Assembly (NCBI GenBank): GCA_963741955.1 | Contig: CAVUKB010000001.1 | Coordinates: 288,001-352,000 of the forward strand | DNA: 64,000 nucleotides | Reading direction: 5' to 3' | DNA from: an uncultured Acidobacteriota bacterium | GTDB taxonomy: Bacteria; Acidobacteriota; Thermoanaerobaculia; Gp7-AA8 | Shown: piece after piece, positions 54,877 to 64,000 of the stretch | Numbering within the stretch: position 1 is the stretch's first letter | Layout of the letters: the number at the start of each line of letters is the position of its first letter | Notes under the pieces: generated by a model | Told to the model about the DNA's origin: nothing | The model's database searches: none | What the model saw: only the letters and a program-made list of their open reading frames with translations | Program-made: the position numbers and the translations under genes

Positions 54877-56319
54877 ATGGCGAAAATGAATGAAAAGGGA
54901 CGTCTGCTGAAGGTCGGGCTCCTGGTCTCCGCGAGTCTGATCGTGCTGATGGCCTTCCTGTTCTTCATCGGATCGGAGCAGAAGCTTTTCTCACGCAAGA
55001 ACGAGTACCGGGTGCGCCTCGAGAGTGTCTCCGGCCTGGCGGAAGGAAATCCGGTCCAGATCGCCGGCGTCACCGTCGGAACGGTCCGCGACATCCGGCT
55101 GCCGGAGAACCCGAAGGCGCGCACCGTCGACATCGTGATTCAGGTCGACCGGAAGTACGCCGACCGGATCCGGCAGGACTCGCGGGCGAAGCTGAGGAAA
55201 CTCGGGCTCATCGCCTCCGACAGCTACATCGAGATCACACCGGGATCGCCTCAATTTCCGGTTCTCGAGCCGGGATCGATCATTCCCGCGCAACGGCAAA
55301 CGAACGTCGAAGCACTCATCTCTTCCGGCGAGGATCTGGTCGACAACTTCGTGCAGATCTCCTATTCCCTGAAGAACATCCTCCAGCGCGTCGACCGTGG
55401 CGAAGGGCTCCTCGGCGAGCTCACCACACAGCCCGCAAACAAGCAGCGGCTGACCGATACGCTGATGGTCACCCTCAACCGGATGAACAAGATGCTCGGC
55501 CGGGTCGAGAAGGGGGAGGGACTGGTCGGCAAACTGATGTACGACGATGAATACGCGAACGAAGTGGCCGAGTCGCTCCGCTCCAGCGCTCACTCGATGC
55601 GGGTGGTGATGGCCAGCCTCGAGAGCGGTTTCTCGAGCGACAAGGGTGCCGTTCCTGCGCTCCTGACCGATCCCGCGCAACGGGAGAAAGTGGTCGCTCT
55701 GATCGACAATCTCTCCAAGGCATCGGGGAACATCGTGGAGTTCAGCCAGCAGTTGCACGACGGTCAGGGCCTGCTGCCGCGGCTGATCAGCGACAAGGAA
55801 TTCGCCGACCAGTCACTGCAGGAGTTCAACGCCCTGGTGAAGCAGCTCGACACCGTGGCGGCGAAGCTCAACGGCGGCGAAGGGACCGCGGGACGTCTGA
55901 TCAACGATCCCTCCGTGTACGAAAGCATCAATGACATCCTGATCGGGATCAACGAATCGAAGCTGCTGAGATGGCTGATCCGGAATCGTCAGAAGAAGGG
56001 TATCGAGCAACGGTATCAGGTCGAGCAGAAGAATCAGACGGAGAACGGCCCCCCGGCTCCTGATGGGAAGAGCTCCACTTCCTCGGTTCCCGAGCCACCG
56101 CCACCGGCGTCGAAGCTCGAGCCCGGAGAGATTCCTCCCCCTCCGCCACCCCCCGAGCCGGCACCCGCGACGGAAACCGCTCCTGCGGAGCAGACGCCTG
56201 CGGAGCCGGCGACGACGCCGCAGACCGATACGCAATCTCCGCCCGCAGCCGGCGAGCCCGCAGCCGTCCCACTCGCGACGGATACAGTGCAGCCCGAGTC
56301 GCCGCCTCCGGGTTGGTAG
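54877..56319 (+). CDS. MCE/MlaD family protein with long helical region and Pro-rich tail
   Basis: N-terminal TM, SGLAEGNPVQIAGVTVGTV, YIEITPG. Confidence 0.88.
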   Translation: MAKMNEKGRLLKVGLLVSASLIVLMAFLFFIGSEQKLFSRKNEYRVRLESVSGLAEGNPVQIAGVTVGTVRDIRLPENPKARTVDIVIQVDRKYADRIRQDSRAKLRKLGLIASDSYIEITPGSPQFPVLEPGSIIPAQRQTNVEALISSGEDLVDNFVQISYSLKNILQRVDRGEGLLGELTTQPANKQRLTDTLMVTLNRMNKMLGRVEKGEGLVGKLMYDDEYANEVAESLRSSAHSMRVVMASLESGFSSDKGAVPALLTDPAQREKVVALIDNLSKASGNIVEFSQQLHDGQGLLPRLISDKEFADQSLQEFNALVKQLDTVAAKLNGGEGTAGRLINDPSVYESINDILIGINESKLLRWLIRNRQKKGIEQRYQVEQKNQTENGPPAPDGKSSTSSVPEPPPPASKLEPGEIPPPPPPPEPAPATETAPAEQTPAEPATTPQTDTQSPPAAGEPAAVPLATDTVQPESPPPGW

Positions 56320-56632
56320 CGAGACTCGGCCCACGCTCGGCTGGACGCGATCATTGCGGGGGCCGTATATCGTTCGCGCGAGTCATCCGGTCGATCCGTA
56401 TTTCTCACGCTGTCTCTGCTGCCGAGGCGGATCGCGGCGTGTCTGTTGCGTTGCATCGAGGCCACTTCGCACCTCCTCGCGACGAGACGATGCGGGAAAT
56501 CCGGGTTAGAATGTCGGCCCGGCAACGGGCTACGGTTCGCCGGAGCGACCGGGTCAGCGCAGTAGTCAACCCGTCCTCCAACCGGAATGTCCCGGTGCGG
56601 GAACGGGAAGGATTCCACTCTAAGGAGCCATC

Positions 56633-57967
56633 GTGAACATTGCGGTCGTTGGAACGGGCTATGTCGGGCTCGTCACCGGAGCCGGTCTGGCCGATTTCGG
56701 GAACGAAGTGACCTGCGTCGACATCGACGAGCGGAAAATTGATGCACTGAATCAGGGGAAGATCCCGATCTACGAACCGGGACTCGATGCGATCGTCGCA
56801 CGAAACGTGGAGGAGGGACGACTCGGCTTCAGCACCGATCTGGCCGGCGCAATCGAGAAAGCGCGGGCGATCTTCATCGCCGTCGGAACGCCCCAGCTCC
56901 CGGACGGGTCGGCCGATCTCCGGTACGTCGAAGACGTGGCCCGATCGATCGCGCACCACATGGATGGCCCGAAGCTGGTGGTCACGAAGTCGACCGTCCC
57001 GATCGGAACGGGGAAGCGCATCCAGCAGATTCTCGCCGAGTCGGGCAAGTCGCATCAGGCCATGGTCGTCTCCAACCCCGAGTTTCTGAGGGAAGGATCG
57101 GCGATCGAAGATTTCATGCGGCCCGACCGCGTGGTGATCGGTTCGTGGGAACCCGAAGCGGCGGAACTTATGAAGGAGATCTATGCCCCGTTGCACTCGC
57201 TCGAGATCCCGTTCGTGGCGACCACGGTCGAGTCGGCGGAGTTGATCAAGTACGCCTCGAATGCATTCCTCGCGACGAAGATCTCGTTCGTCAACGAGAT
57301 CGCCGCCCTCTGCGAAAGGCTCGGCGGCGACATCCAGGACGTGGCGAAAGGGATGGGTCTGGACCAGAGGATCGGACCGAAGTTTCTCCAGGCCGGTCCC
57401 GGCTACGGCGGGTCGTGTTTCCCGAAGGACACCAACGCCCTGGTGGACATCTCCCGTCGTGCCGGCTATTCGTTCCGGATCGTCGAGGCGGTGGTCGAAG
57501 TCAACGAGGCGATCAAACGGAGAATGGTGGACAAGGTTCTCGACGCAGTCGGCGATCTCGCCGGCAGGACCATCGGCGTACTCGGCCTGGCGTTCAAGCC
57601 GGAGACCGACGACATGCGTGAGTCACCGACCATCCCGCTGATCAACGGACTCCAGTCCCTCCGCGCGAACGTACGTGCGTACGATCCCGAAGCGATGGAG
57701 AATGCCCGGACGTTCTTCCCCGACATCACGTTCTGCCGCGATGCGTATGAAACGGCAACCGGTTGCGATGCCCTGGTCATCGCGACCGAGTGGAACGAGT
57801 TTCGCGCGCTGAACCTGGGGCGGATCAGATCCCTCCTGAAGGCGCCGGTGATCGTCGACCTCCGTAACGTATACGACCACCGGCGGATGGAAGCGGAAGG
57901 GTTCCGCTACTACTCGGTCGGCCGGCCGGCCGTAACCAAGCGGCAAGTCGCCGCGGGGGAGCGGTAA
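56633..57967 (+). CDS. ugd: UDP-glucose 6-dehydrogenase
   Basis: [31 protein letters not shown]; TAAGGAG SD. Confidence 0.95.
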   Translation: MNIAVVGTGYVGLVTGAGLADFGNEVTCVDIDERKIDALNQGKIPIYEPGLDAIVARNVEEGRLGFSTDLAGAIEKARAIFIAVGTPQLPDGSADLRYVEDVARSIAHHMDGPKLVVTKSTVPIGTGKRIQQILAESGKSHQAMVVSNPEFLREGSAIEDFMRPDRVVIGSWEPEAAELMKEIYAPLHSLEIPFVATTVESAELIKYASNAFLATKISFVNEIAALCERLGGDIQDVAKGMGLDQRIGPKFLQAGPGYGGSCFPKDTNALVDISRRAGYSFRIVEAVVEVNEAIKRRMVDKVLDAVGDLAGRTIGVLGLAFKPETDDMRESPTIPLINGLQSLRANVRAYDPEAMENARTFFPDITFCRDAYETATGCDALVIATEWNEFRALNLGRIRSLLKAPVIVDLRNVYDHRRMEAEGFRYYSVGRPAVTKRQVAAGER

Positions 57968-58938
57968 TGGGGAAAGCGCTGGTCACCGGAGGCGCAGGAT
58001 TTCTCGGATCACATCTCTGCGATCTCTTCCTGGAGAGAGGTCACGAAGTCATCTGCATGGATAACTTCCTGACCGGCTCACCGAACAACATCAAGCATCT
58101 ACTCGGTCGCCCGGGCTTCAGCTTCGTGAAGTACGACGTGACGAACTACATCCACATCGACGGGCCGCTGGACTACGTGCTTCACTTCGCGTCGCCCGCC
58201 AGCCCGATCGATTACCTCGAGAAGCCGATCCAGACTCTGAAGGTCGGTTCTCTCGGGACGCACAAGACGCTCGGAGTGGCCAAGGACAAGAACGCGAGAT
58301 ATCTCCTTGCATCCACCTCCGAAGTTTATGGCGATCCACTCGTCCACCCGCAGCGGGAGGATTACTGGGGGAACGTCAATCCGGTCGGGCCGCGCGGAGT
58401 CTACGACGAGGCGAAGCGATTCGCGGAAGCGATGACCATGGCCTACCGCCGTTTCCACCACGTGGACACACGCATTGTCCGCATCTTCAACACGTATGGG
58501 GAGAGAATGCGGATGAATGACGGACGGGTGGTCCCGGCGTTCGTTTCCCAGGCGCTCCGCGGTGAGGATATGACGGTGTTCGGAGATGGATCACAGACCC
58601 GGTCGTTCTGCTACGTCTCGGATCTGGTGGAAGGCATCTACCGGCTGCTGATGTCGGACGAGGCGCAGCCCGTCAACATCGGAAATCCGAACGAGCTGAC
58701 GGTGCTGGAGTTCGCAAAGCAGATCCGGAAAGCCACCGATTCGACCTCCGAGATCGTGTTCAAAGCTCTTCCGGAGGATGACCCGAAGATTCGCAGACCC
58801 GATATTACCAAGGCGAGGGAAATTCTCGACTGGGAGCCGCACGTGCCGCTGGAAGAAGGACTGAAGCGAACGGTCGCGTATTTTCGCGAGCGGATCCTCG
58901 ACCAGGCCGCGGCAACTCCGGCGACCGGCAACTCATGA
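57967..58938 (+). CDS. UDP-glucuronate decarboxylase (UDP-xylose synthase-like SDR)
   Basis: [39 protein letters not shown]. Confidence 0.9.
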   Translation: MGKALVTGGAGFLGSHLCDLFLERGHEVICMDNFLTGSPNNIKHLLGRPGFSFVKYDVTNYIHIDGPLDYVLHFASPASPIDYLEKPIQTLKVGSLGTHKTLGVAKDKNARYLLASTSEVYGDPLVHPQREDYWGNVNPVGPRGVYDEAKRFAEAMTMAYRRFHHVDTRIVRIFNTYGERMRMNDGRVVPAFVSQALRGEDMTVFGDGSQTRSFCYVSDLVEGIYRLLMSDEAQPVNIGNPNELTVLEFAKQIRKATDSTSEIVFKALPEDDPKIRRPDITKAREILDWEPHVPLEEGLKRTVAYFRERILDQAAATPATGNS

Positions 58939-59468
58939 TGCGGGAGGGCGCGATGCAGGAGATCACCTCTTCGGACAAGAAGCTCTGCTGGATTCATCCC
59001 GATCCGGCGCAGCGCTATTTCGAGCTGGTCGCGGACTCCGAGCCGGTGGCGAAGCTCCAGCTTCAGCAAGGGATCGTCGCGCTCGCGCACGCCGAGGCGG
59101 CCGAGGGGCGCTGGACGTTCAAGCAGGTCGGATTTCTCCATCCTCACGTCACGGTCCGGCAGCAGGGAGCCGACGTCAACGTCGCTAAATTCGAGCCGAA
59201 TGCGAGCGGCGGCGGCGCGCTTCATTTTCCCGACGGCCGGAGCTTTCGCTGGGTCAGCAACTTCTGGCTCTCGGAGTGGTCGTGGACCGACGTGGCGGAC
59301 AATCGGGTAATGTCGTTCCGCCGCGACTTCGCCATCGACAAGCGTGAGGGTGAGCTGACGCTCCGTCTCGACGCGAAGGAGATTCCACACCTCTCGATCC
59401 TCGCGCTGCTCGGCTGGTATCTGATCATCATGCTCGCTGACGAAGCCGCAATGACCAACTTGACGTAG
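58935..59468 (+). CDS. Hypothetical beta-rich protein
   Basis: Overlaps the uxs stop; an alternative start at 58953 follows GGAGG; C-terminal hydrophobic helix. Confidence 0.7.
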   Translation: MMREGAMQEITSSDKKLCWIHPDPAQRYFELVADSEPVAKLQLQQGIVALAHAEAAEGRWTFKQVGFLHPHVTVRQQGADVNVAKFEPNASGGGALHFPDGRSFRWVSNFWLSEWSWTDVADNRVMSFRRDFAIDKREGELTLRLDAKEIPHLSILALLGWYLIIMLADEAAMTNLT

Positions 59469-59635
59469 TCGGCGCGGGCGCTGCGGGCGTCCCGCTCGCA
59501 AGGGCGAACGCAGCGAGGCTGCTTCTTTCCGGTACAGCCGTTCACATTCTCCTGGAGGACGTCCGGAGAGGCTTCCCGCATGTTCCCTGAAGGCGCGGCC
59601 TGTGTTAGTCTGCGCACGCTTTGAAGACGAATCCG

Positions 59636-60934
59636 ATGCAGAACGTCGCCGTGATCGGCGCCCAGTGGGGAGACGAAGGGAAAGGGAAGATCGTCGATCT
59701 TCTCTGTGAGCATTTCGACGTCGTGGCCCGGTATCAGGGAGGGCACAACGCGGGGCACACGGTACGCTTCGGTGACCACCACTACTCGCTTCATCTCGTT
59801 CCCTCCGGAGTCCTCCATCCCGGAAAGCTCTGTGTGCTCGGAAACGGGATGGTCATCGATCCGGAAGCGCTCCGGAACGAGATGGAGAACCTGGAGAAAT
59901 CGGGTGTCGCATTCGACGACAACCTCCGGATAAGCGACGCCGCACATTGCATTCTCCCCATCCACGCTGCCCTCGACCAGGCGCGGGAAGCCGCCGCGGG
60001 GAGCGCGAAGATCGGTACCACCGGACGAGGAATCGGACCGGCGTACGAGACGAAGGTGAGCCGCTTCGGCATTCTGATGGGGGACCTTCTCGACCGCCCG
60101 ACTCTGGAGAGGAAGGTCCGCATCCTCGCCGGCGAAAAGAACGCCATTCTGCAGAGCGTCTACGGAAAAGAGCCGTTCGACCCCGAGCGGCTCGTCGCCG
60201 ATCTTCTCGGGTACGGTGAGATGTTCCGCGATCGGATCTGTGACACTACGAAGCTCCTCTACGACCAGATCCGGGCGGGGCGGCGGGTGATGTTCGAAGG
60301 AGCGCAGGGAACGCTCCTCGACGTCGATCACGGGACCTATCCCTACGTCACCGCGTCCAACTGTACCGCCGGTGGCGTTGCGACCGGACTCGGCGTCGCG
60401 CCGCGATTCATCAACGGCGTCTATGCCGTCGTGAAGGCATACACGACGCGGGTCGGAGAGGGGCCGTTCCCCACCGAGCTCACTGACGAAGTCGGCGATC
60501 GGATCCGCGAGCGCGGCAACGAGTTCGGAACCACCACCGGACGCCCGCGCAGGATCGGCTGGCTCGACCTCGTGGTTCTGCATTCCGCACACATGCTGAG
60601 CGGGATCGATGCGATCGCACTGACGAAGCTCGACGTCCTCGACGACTTCGAGGAGATCCCCGTCTGCGTCGGCTATCGGGTCAAGGGGGAGATGCACCGC
60701 ACCTTCCCGCGCTTCGCCGTCGCTCGTGGTGAGTTCGAACCGGTCTACGAGACGCTTCCGGGATGGCACCGCTCCACGGTCGGGATCAACCGTTTCGAGG
60801 ACCTTCCTCAGGCGGCCCGCGACTACGTGCGCTTCATCGAGGAGCAACTCGGAGTCTCGATCAGCATCGTCTCGACCGGCCCCCGTCGTGAAGAGACCAT
60901 CCTCCGCGAAGACGCCGTCCTCTCGCGGGACTAG
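59636..60934 (+). CDS. purA: Adenylosuccinate synthetase
   Basis: QWGDEGKGK, GGHNAGHT, GTTGRGIGP, EGAQG, TTTGRPRR. Confidence 0.98.
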   Translation: MQNVAVIGAQWGDEGKGKIVDLLCEHFDVVARYQGGHNAGHTVRFGDHHYSLHLVPSGVLHPGKLCVLGNGMVIDPEALRNEMENLEKSGVAFDDNLRISDAAHCILPIHAALDQAREAAAGSAKIGTTGRGIGPAYETKVSRFGILMGDLLDRPTLERKVRILAGEKNAILQSVYGKEPFDPERLVADLLGYGEMFRDRICDTTKLLYDQIRAGRRVMFEGAQGTLLDVDHGTYPYVTASNCTAGGVATGLGVAPRFINGVYAVVKAYTTRVGEGPFPTELTDEVGDRIRERGNEFGTTTGRPRRIGWLDLVVLHSAHMLSGIDAIALTKLDVLDDFEEIPVCVGYRVKGEMHRTFPRFAVARGEFEPVYETLPGWHRSTVGINRFEDLPQAARDYVRFIEEQLGVSISIVSTGPRREETILREDAVLSRD

Positions 60935-61073
60935 AGGCTCGCGTTTCGCCGCTCGAGCTACGCGATTGCGTGAGATGGGCAAAGGAGCGCTCCGCTTCTG
61001 CCGTGGGTGGGTGTGGGGCAGCGCTGGCGCACGTGCCGTGTTCCGCGCGGCGGATTGCAGATCCGCGCTCCCC

Positions 61074-61171
61074 GAGCCTCGAACCTCGAACCCCGAGTCC
61101 CGAGCCTCGAGCCTCGAGCCCCGAGCCTCGCGTCCCGAGCCCCGAGCCCCGAGCCTCGCGTCCCGCGCCTC
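61074..61171. repeat. Heptamer array F, (GAGCCYC)-like x14
   Basis: In-register GAGCCTC, GAACCTC, GAGCCCC and GCGTCCC; reverse complement of the GAGGCTC units in arrays B and E. Confidence 0.95.
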
Positions 61172-61191
61172 TCTGCTATCATTCGCCCGCC

Positions 61192-62712
61192 ATGACCGAG
61201 CTCGCGATCGACGGCCTTTCTCTGACCCTCGCGGACGTCCGCGCAGTCGCCTCCGGAGAGGCGAAGGTGATTCTCTCCGCGCCGGCGCGCCAACGGATGC
61301 TCGCCTCGCGGGCGGTGATCGAGTCGATGGTCCGCGAAGGGCGGACCGTTTACGGCGTCACCACCGGATTCGGGGTTTTCTCCGAGGTCGCGATCTCGCG
61401 CGAGAAGGTTCTGGAGCTGCAGAAGAACCTGATTCTCTCGCACTGCGCCGGAGTCGGAGAGCCGTATCCGGTGGAAGTGGTCCGAGCGATGATGCTGCTC
61501 CGGGCGAACGCGCTGGCCCGCGGCAACTCGGGGATCCGGATCGAGGTGGTCGAGAGGCTTCTTCGTCTGATCGAGAGCGGAATGACGCCGGTGGTTCCTT
61601 CTCAGGGATCAGTCGGCGCTTCGGGAGATCTGGCTCCGCTCGCGCATCTCGCCGCCTCCCTGATGGGAGTGGGAGAGATGTGGCACGAAGGGAAGCGCAT
61701 TGCCGCATCCGACGCTCTCTCCCGGATCGGTCTCGAACCGGTCCGCTACGAGGCGAAGGAAGGGATCGCCATGATCAACGGCACACAGGCGATCTCCGCG
61801 GTGGGAGGGCTCGCGCTCGAGCGCGCCCGGACGCTCCTCGATCTCGCCGACGGAATCGCGGCGATGACTCTCGATGCGCTGCGGGGAACCGACGCCGCAT
61901 TCGATCCGCGGATCCACGCGCTGCGTCCACATGCCGGACAGATCACCGTGGCTCGACGGATGCGGAACCTCGTCGACGGCAGCCCGCTCCGGGAGTCGCA
62001 TCGCAGCTGCGGAAAAGTGCAGGACGCCTATTCGCTCCGCTGCATCCCGCAGGTTCACGGAGCCGTGCGCGATGCGGTCGGTTTCGCCCTCTCGAAACTG
62101 GAGATCGAGATCAACTCCGTCACCGATAATCCGCTCATCTTCCCCGAAGACGGTCAGGCGATCTCGGGCGGGAACTTCCACGGTGCACCGGTGGCGATGG
62201 CCTGCGACGTCGCAGCGCTCGCCCTGACCGATCTCGCGTCCATCAGCGAGCGGCGGATCGAGCGTCTGGTGAATCCTCAGCTCTCGGAGCTTCCCCCGTT
62301 CCTGGTTCGGGAAGGGGGGATCAACAGCGGCTTCATGATCGCTCAGGTGACTGCTGCTGCGCTCGTCGCGGAATCCCGGGCGCTCTCCCACCCCGCCTCC
62401 GTCGATTCGATTCCCACCTCGGCGAACAAGGAAGACCACGTCTCGATGGGTCCAACCGCGGCCTGGAAGCTCTCCCGCATCGTCGAGAACGTCGCGTCCG
62501 TGCTCACCATCGAGATCCTCTGCGCGGCCCAGGCGCTCGAATTCCATCGTCCGCTGACCTCGTCGGAGCCGGTCGAAGCGATGCACCGCCTCGTGAGATC
62601 CCGGGTTCCGGTGTGGGAATCCGACCGTTACCTGCATGCCGACCTGATGCAGGTGCGCGAGATGCTCCCCGCTCTCGCTTCAGCGCTCTCCACGTTCGAT
62701 CTCGACCGCTGA
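61192..62712 (+). CDS. hutH: Histidine ammonia-lyase
   Basis: YGVTTGFG, LILSH (His-specific), ASG MIO motif, QDAYSLRC, EDHVSMG. Confidence 0.95.
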   Translation: MTELAIDGLSLTLADVRAVASGEAKVILSAPARQRMLASRAVIESMVREGRTVYGVTTGFGVFSEVAISREKVLELQKNLILSHCAGVGEPYPVEVVRAMMLLRANALARGNSGIRIEVVERLLRLIESGMTPVVPSQGSVGASGDLAPLAHLAASLMGVGEMWHEGKRIAASDALSRIGLEPVRYEAKEGIAMINGTQAISAVGGLALERARTLLDLADGIAAMTLDALRGTDAAFDPRIHALRPHAGQITVARRMRNLVDGSPLRESHRSCGKVQDAYSLRCIPQVHGAVRDAVGFALSKLEIEINSVTDNPLIFPEDGQAISGGNFHGAPVAMACDVAALALTDLASISERRIERLVNPQLSELPPFLVREGGINSGFMIAQVTAAALVAESRALSHPASVDSIPTSANKEDHVSMGPTAAWKLSRIVENVASVLTIEILCAAQALEFHRPLTSSEPVEAMHRLVRSRVPVWESDRYLHADLMQVREMLPALASALSTFDLDR

Positions 62713-62789
62713 CGCCGCCATCCGCTGCCGGCGGATTGATGGGGCCTCCCCGAGTGGTTATAGTGAAGGACATCCGAGGGAGGTGCACG

Positions 62790-63419
62790 ATGAGCGTCGA
62801 AACTTCAAAGCCGGTCGAGCTTCAGAGTTCCTCTCCGACCTTCATCCCGCTCCAGAAATTCGTCTCGGATATCGAGGTGATGTCGCGCGGGACGACGACC
62901 AAGCAGGAGCTGTACGACTATCTCGTGCAGCATCAGATCTCACCCGACGAGCTCCGGCCGTACGAGCACTGGCTGAAGGAGAGGCACACGCGGAATCTCA
63001 TCTTCCGCAACCAGAACGTCGAGATCATGGTTCTCTGCTGGAACGTCGGCAATGTCACTCCGCTCCACACCCATAACGGACAGCTCGGATGGATGTCGAT
63101 GGTGCGCGGCAGACTGATGGTGGAGAATTATCGTGTGGTCCGCTGCAACCGTCCGGAGAACCAGCAGGTGGTGGGGATCGACTGCCTGGCCGGGGCGACG
63201 GAGATCGAGATGGAGAAGCTGAGCACCGAGCACTGCATCCCGGGTGGCCCGATCAATACGGTCGACAAGACCCAGACCATCCACCGGATTCTCAATCCCG
63301 CCGAGTGGAACGAGCCGGCGGTGAGCCTCCACATCTACTCTCGGCCGATCGATTCGTGCGTCGTCTTCGATCTCGAGAACCAGCGCTGCTCCCGCCGCGA
63401 CCTCAGCTACGACAACTGA
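62790..63419 (+). CDS. Cysteine dioxygenase-family cupin
   Basis: HTRNL (Arg-type), HTH plus a later His as iron ligands, SLHIY motif. Confidence 0.85.
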   Translation: MSVETSKPVELQSSSPTFIPLQKFVSDIEVMSRGTTTKQELYDYLVQHQISPDELRPYEHWLKERHTRNLIFRNQNVEIMVLCWNVGNVTPLHTHNGQLGWMSMVRGRLMVENYRVVRCNRPENQQVVGIDCLAGATEIEMEKLSTEHCIPGGPINTVDKTQTIHRILNPAEWNEPAVSLHIYSRPIDSCVVFDLENQRCSRRDLSYDN

Positions 63420-63542
63420 TCCGGCGCGGTGGCGAAAAGGTCTCACCGGGACTCCGAAACGCGCGGGCTCATAGCGTCCCCCCCGAGTTGATAGAATGCC
63501 CCGGAATTCACCAGTCGCCGCCCGCGACGGAGCGAGGGAACG

Positions 63543-64000
63543 ATGTCGTTGATCAACACAATCAGCAGCGAGCTCGAGCAGATGCAGAAGGAGGGGACCC
63601 TGAAGAAGGAGCTCCCGCTCCGCGGTCCTCAGGGACCGGTCGTCGAAGTCGAAGGCGTTGGTGAGGTCGTGATGCTGACCTCCAACAACTATCTCGGACT
63701 CGCCAACCACCCGGCGATCGTCGAGGCGGCCGAGAAAGCCGAGCAGCAGTACGGCTACGGTCTCGCTTCGGTGCGGTTCATCTGCGGTACGCAGGAGATC
63801 CACAAGGAGCTGGAGGCGAAGCTCTCGGAGTTTTTCGGAACCGACGACGCGATCCTTTACGGTTCGTGCTGGAACGCGAACGAGGGGCTCTTCCAGACCA
63901 TCCTCACCGAAGAAGACGGGGTCTTCTCGGACGAGCTGAATCACGCTTCGATCATCGACGGAATCCGGCTCGCCCGCTGCCGGAAGCTCCGCTACAGGAA
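63543..64000 (+). CDS. kbl: Glycine C-acetyltransferase (2-amino-3-ketobutyrate CoA ligase), 3' truncated
   Basis: Own translation: SNNYLGLA, ASVRFICGTQ, SDELNHASIIDGIRL; not in the ORF track. Confidence 0.9.
   Translation, partial: MSLINTISSELEQMQKEGTLKKELPLRGPQGPVVEVEGVGEVVMLTSNNYLGLANHPAIVEAAEKAEQQYGYGLASVRFICGTQEIHKELEAKLSEFFGTDDAILYGSCWNANEGLFQTILTEEDGVFSDELNHASIIDGIRLARCRKLRYR

Noticed and set aside
61192-62712. Ammonia-lyase as the TAL/PAL starter supply for the KS cluster
   Set aside because: It has the His-specific SH motif and lies about 23 kb away among catabolic genes

Overview
GC-rich (roughly 65%) bacterial chromosomal window, probably Acidobacteriota/Thermoanaerobaculia-like (inferred from gene repertoire only). 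It is mostly housekeeping: xerD, lipA, carD, pdp-deoB, queC-queE, mce, tyrA, secA, pncA, tRNA-Lys/tRNA-Leu-tig-clpP-clpX-lon-engB-rho, PBP1b-mlaEFD, ugd-uxs, purA, hutH-CDO-kbl. The less ordinary elements are: (1) a compact type II FAS/PKS-like cluster (acyl-AMP ligase, halogenase-like flavoprotein, ACP, dehydratase, KS, catalytically dead KS/CLF, GT2, plus a second halogenase-like gene coupled to DUF368); (2) six intergenic degenerate 7-bp tandem arrays, some with inverted arms, some abutting extended -10 promoters or a terminator; (3) a 167-bp CTAG-bounded fold-back element (MITE-like) whose mismatches are mostly G-U wobbles on one strand; (4) a non-canonical transketolase plus aminotransferase behind a candidate class II Crp promoter; (5) many apparently leaderless genes; (6) a Rho with a long low-complexity N-terminus. 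No CRISPR, rRNA, transposase or prophage was seen. All calls come from reading motifs by eye; no database searches were run.
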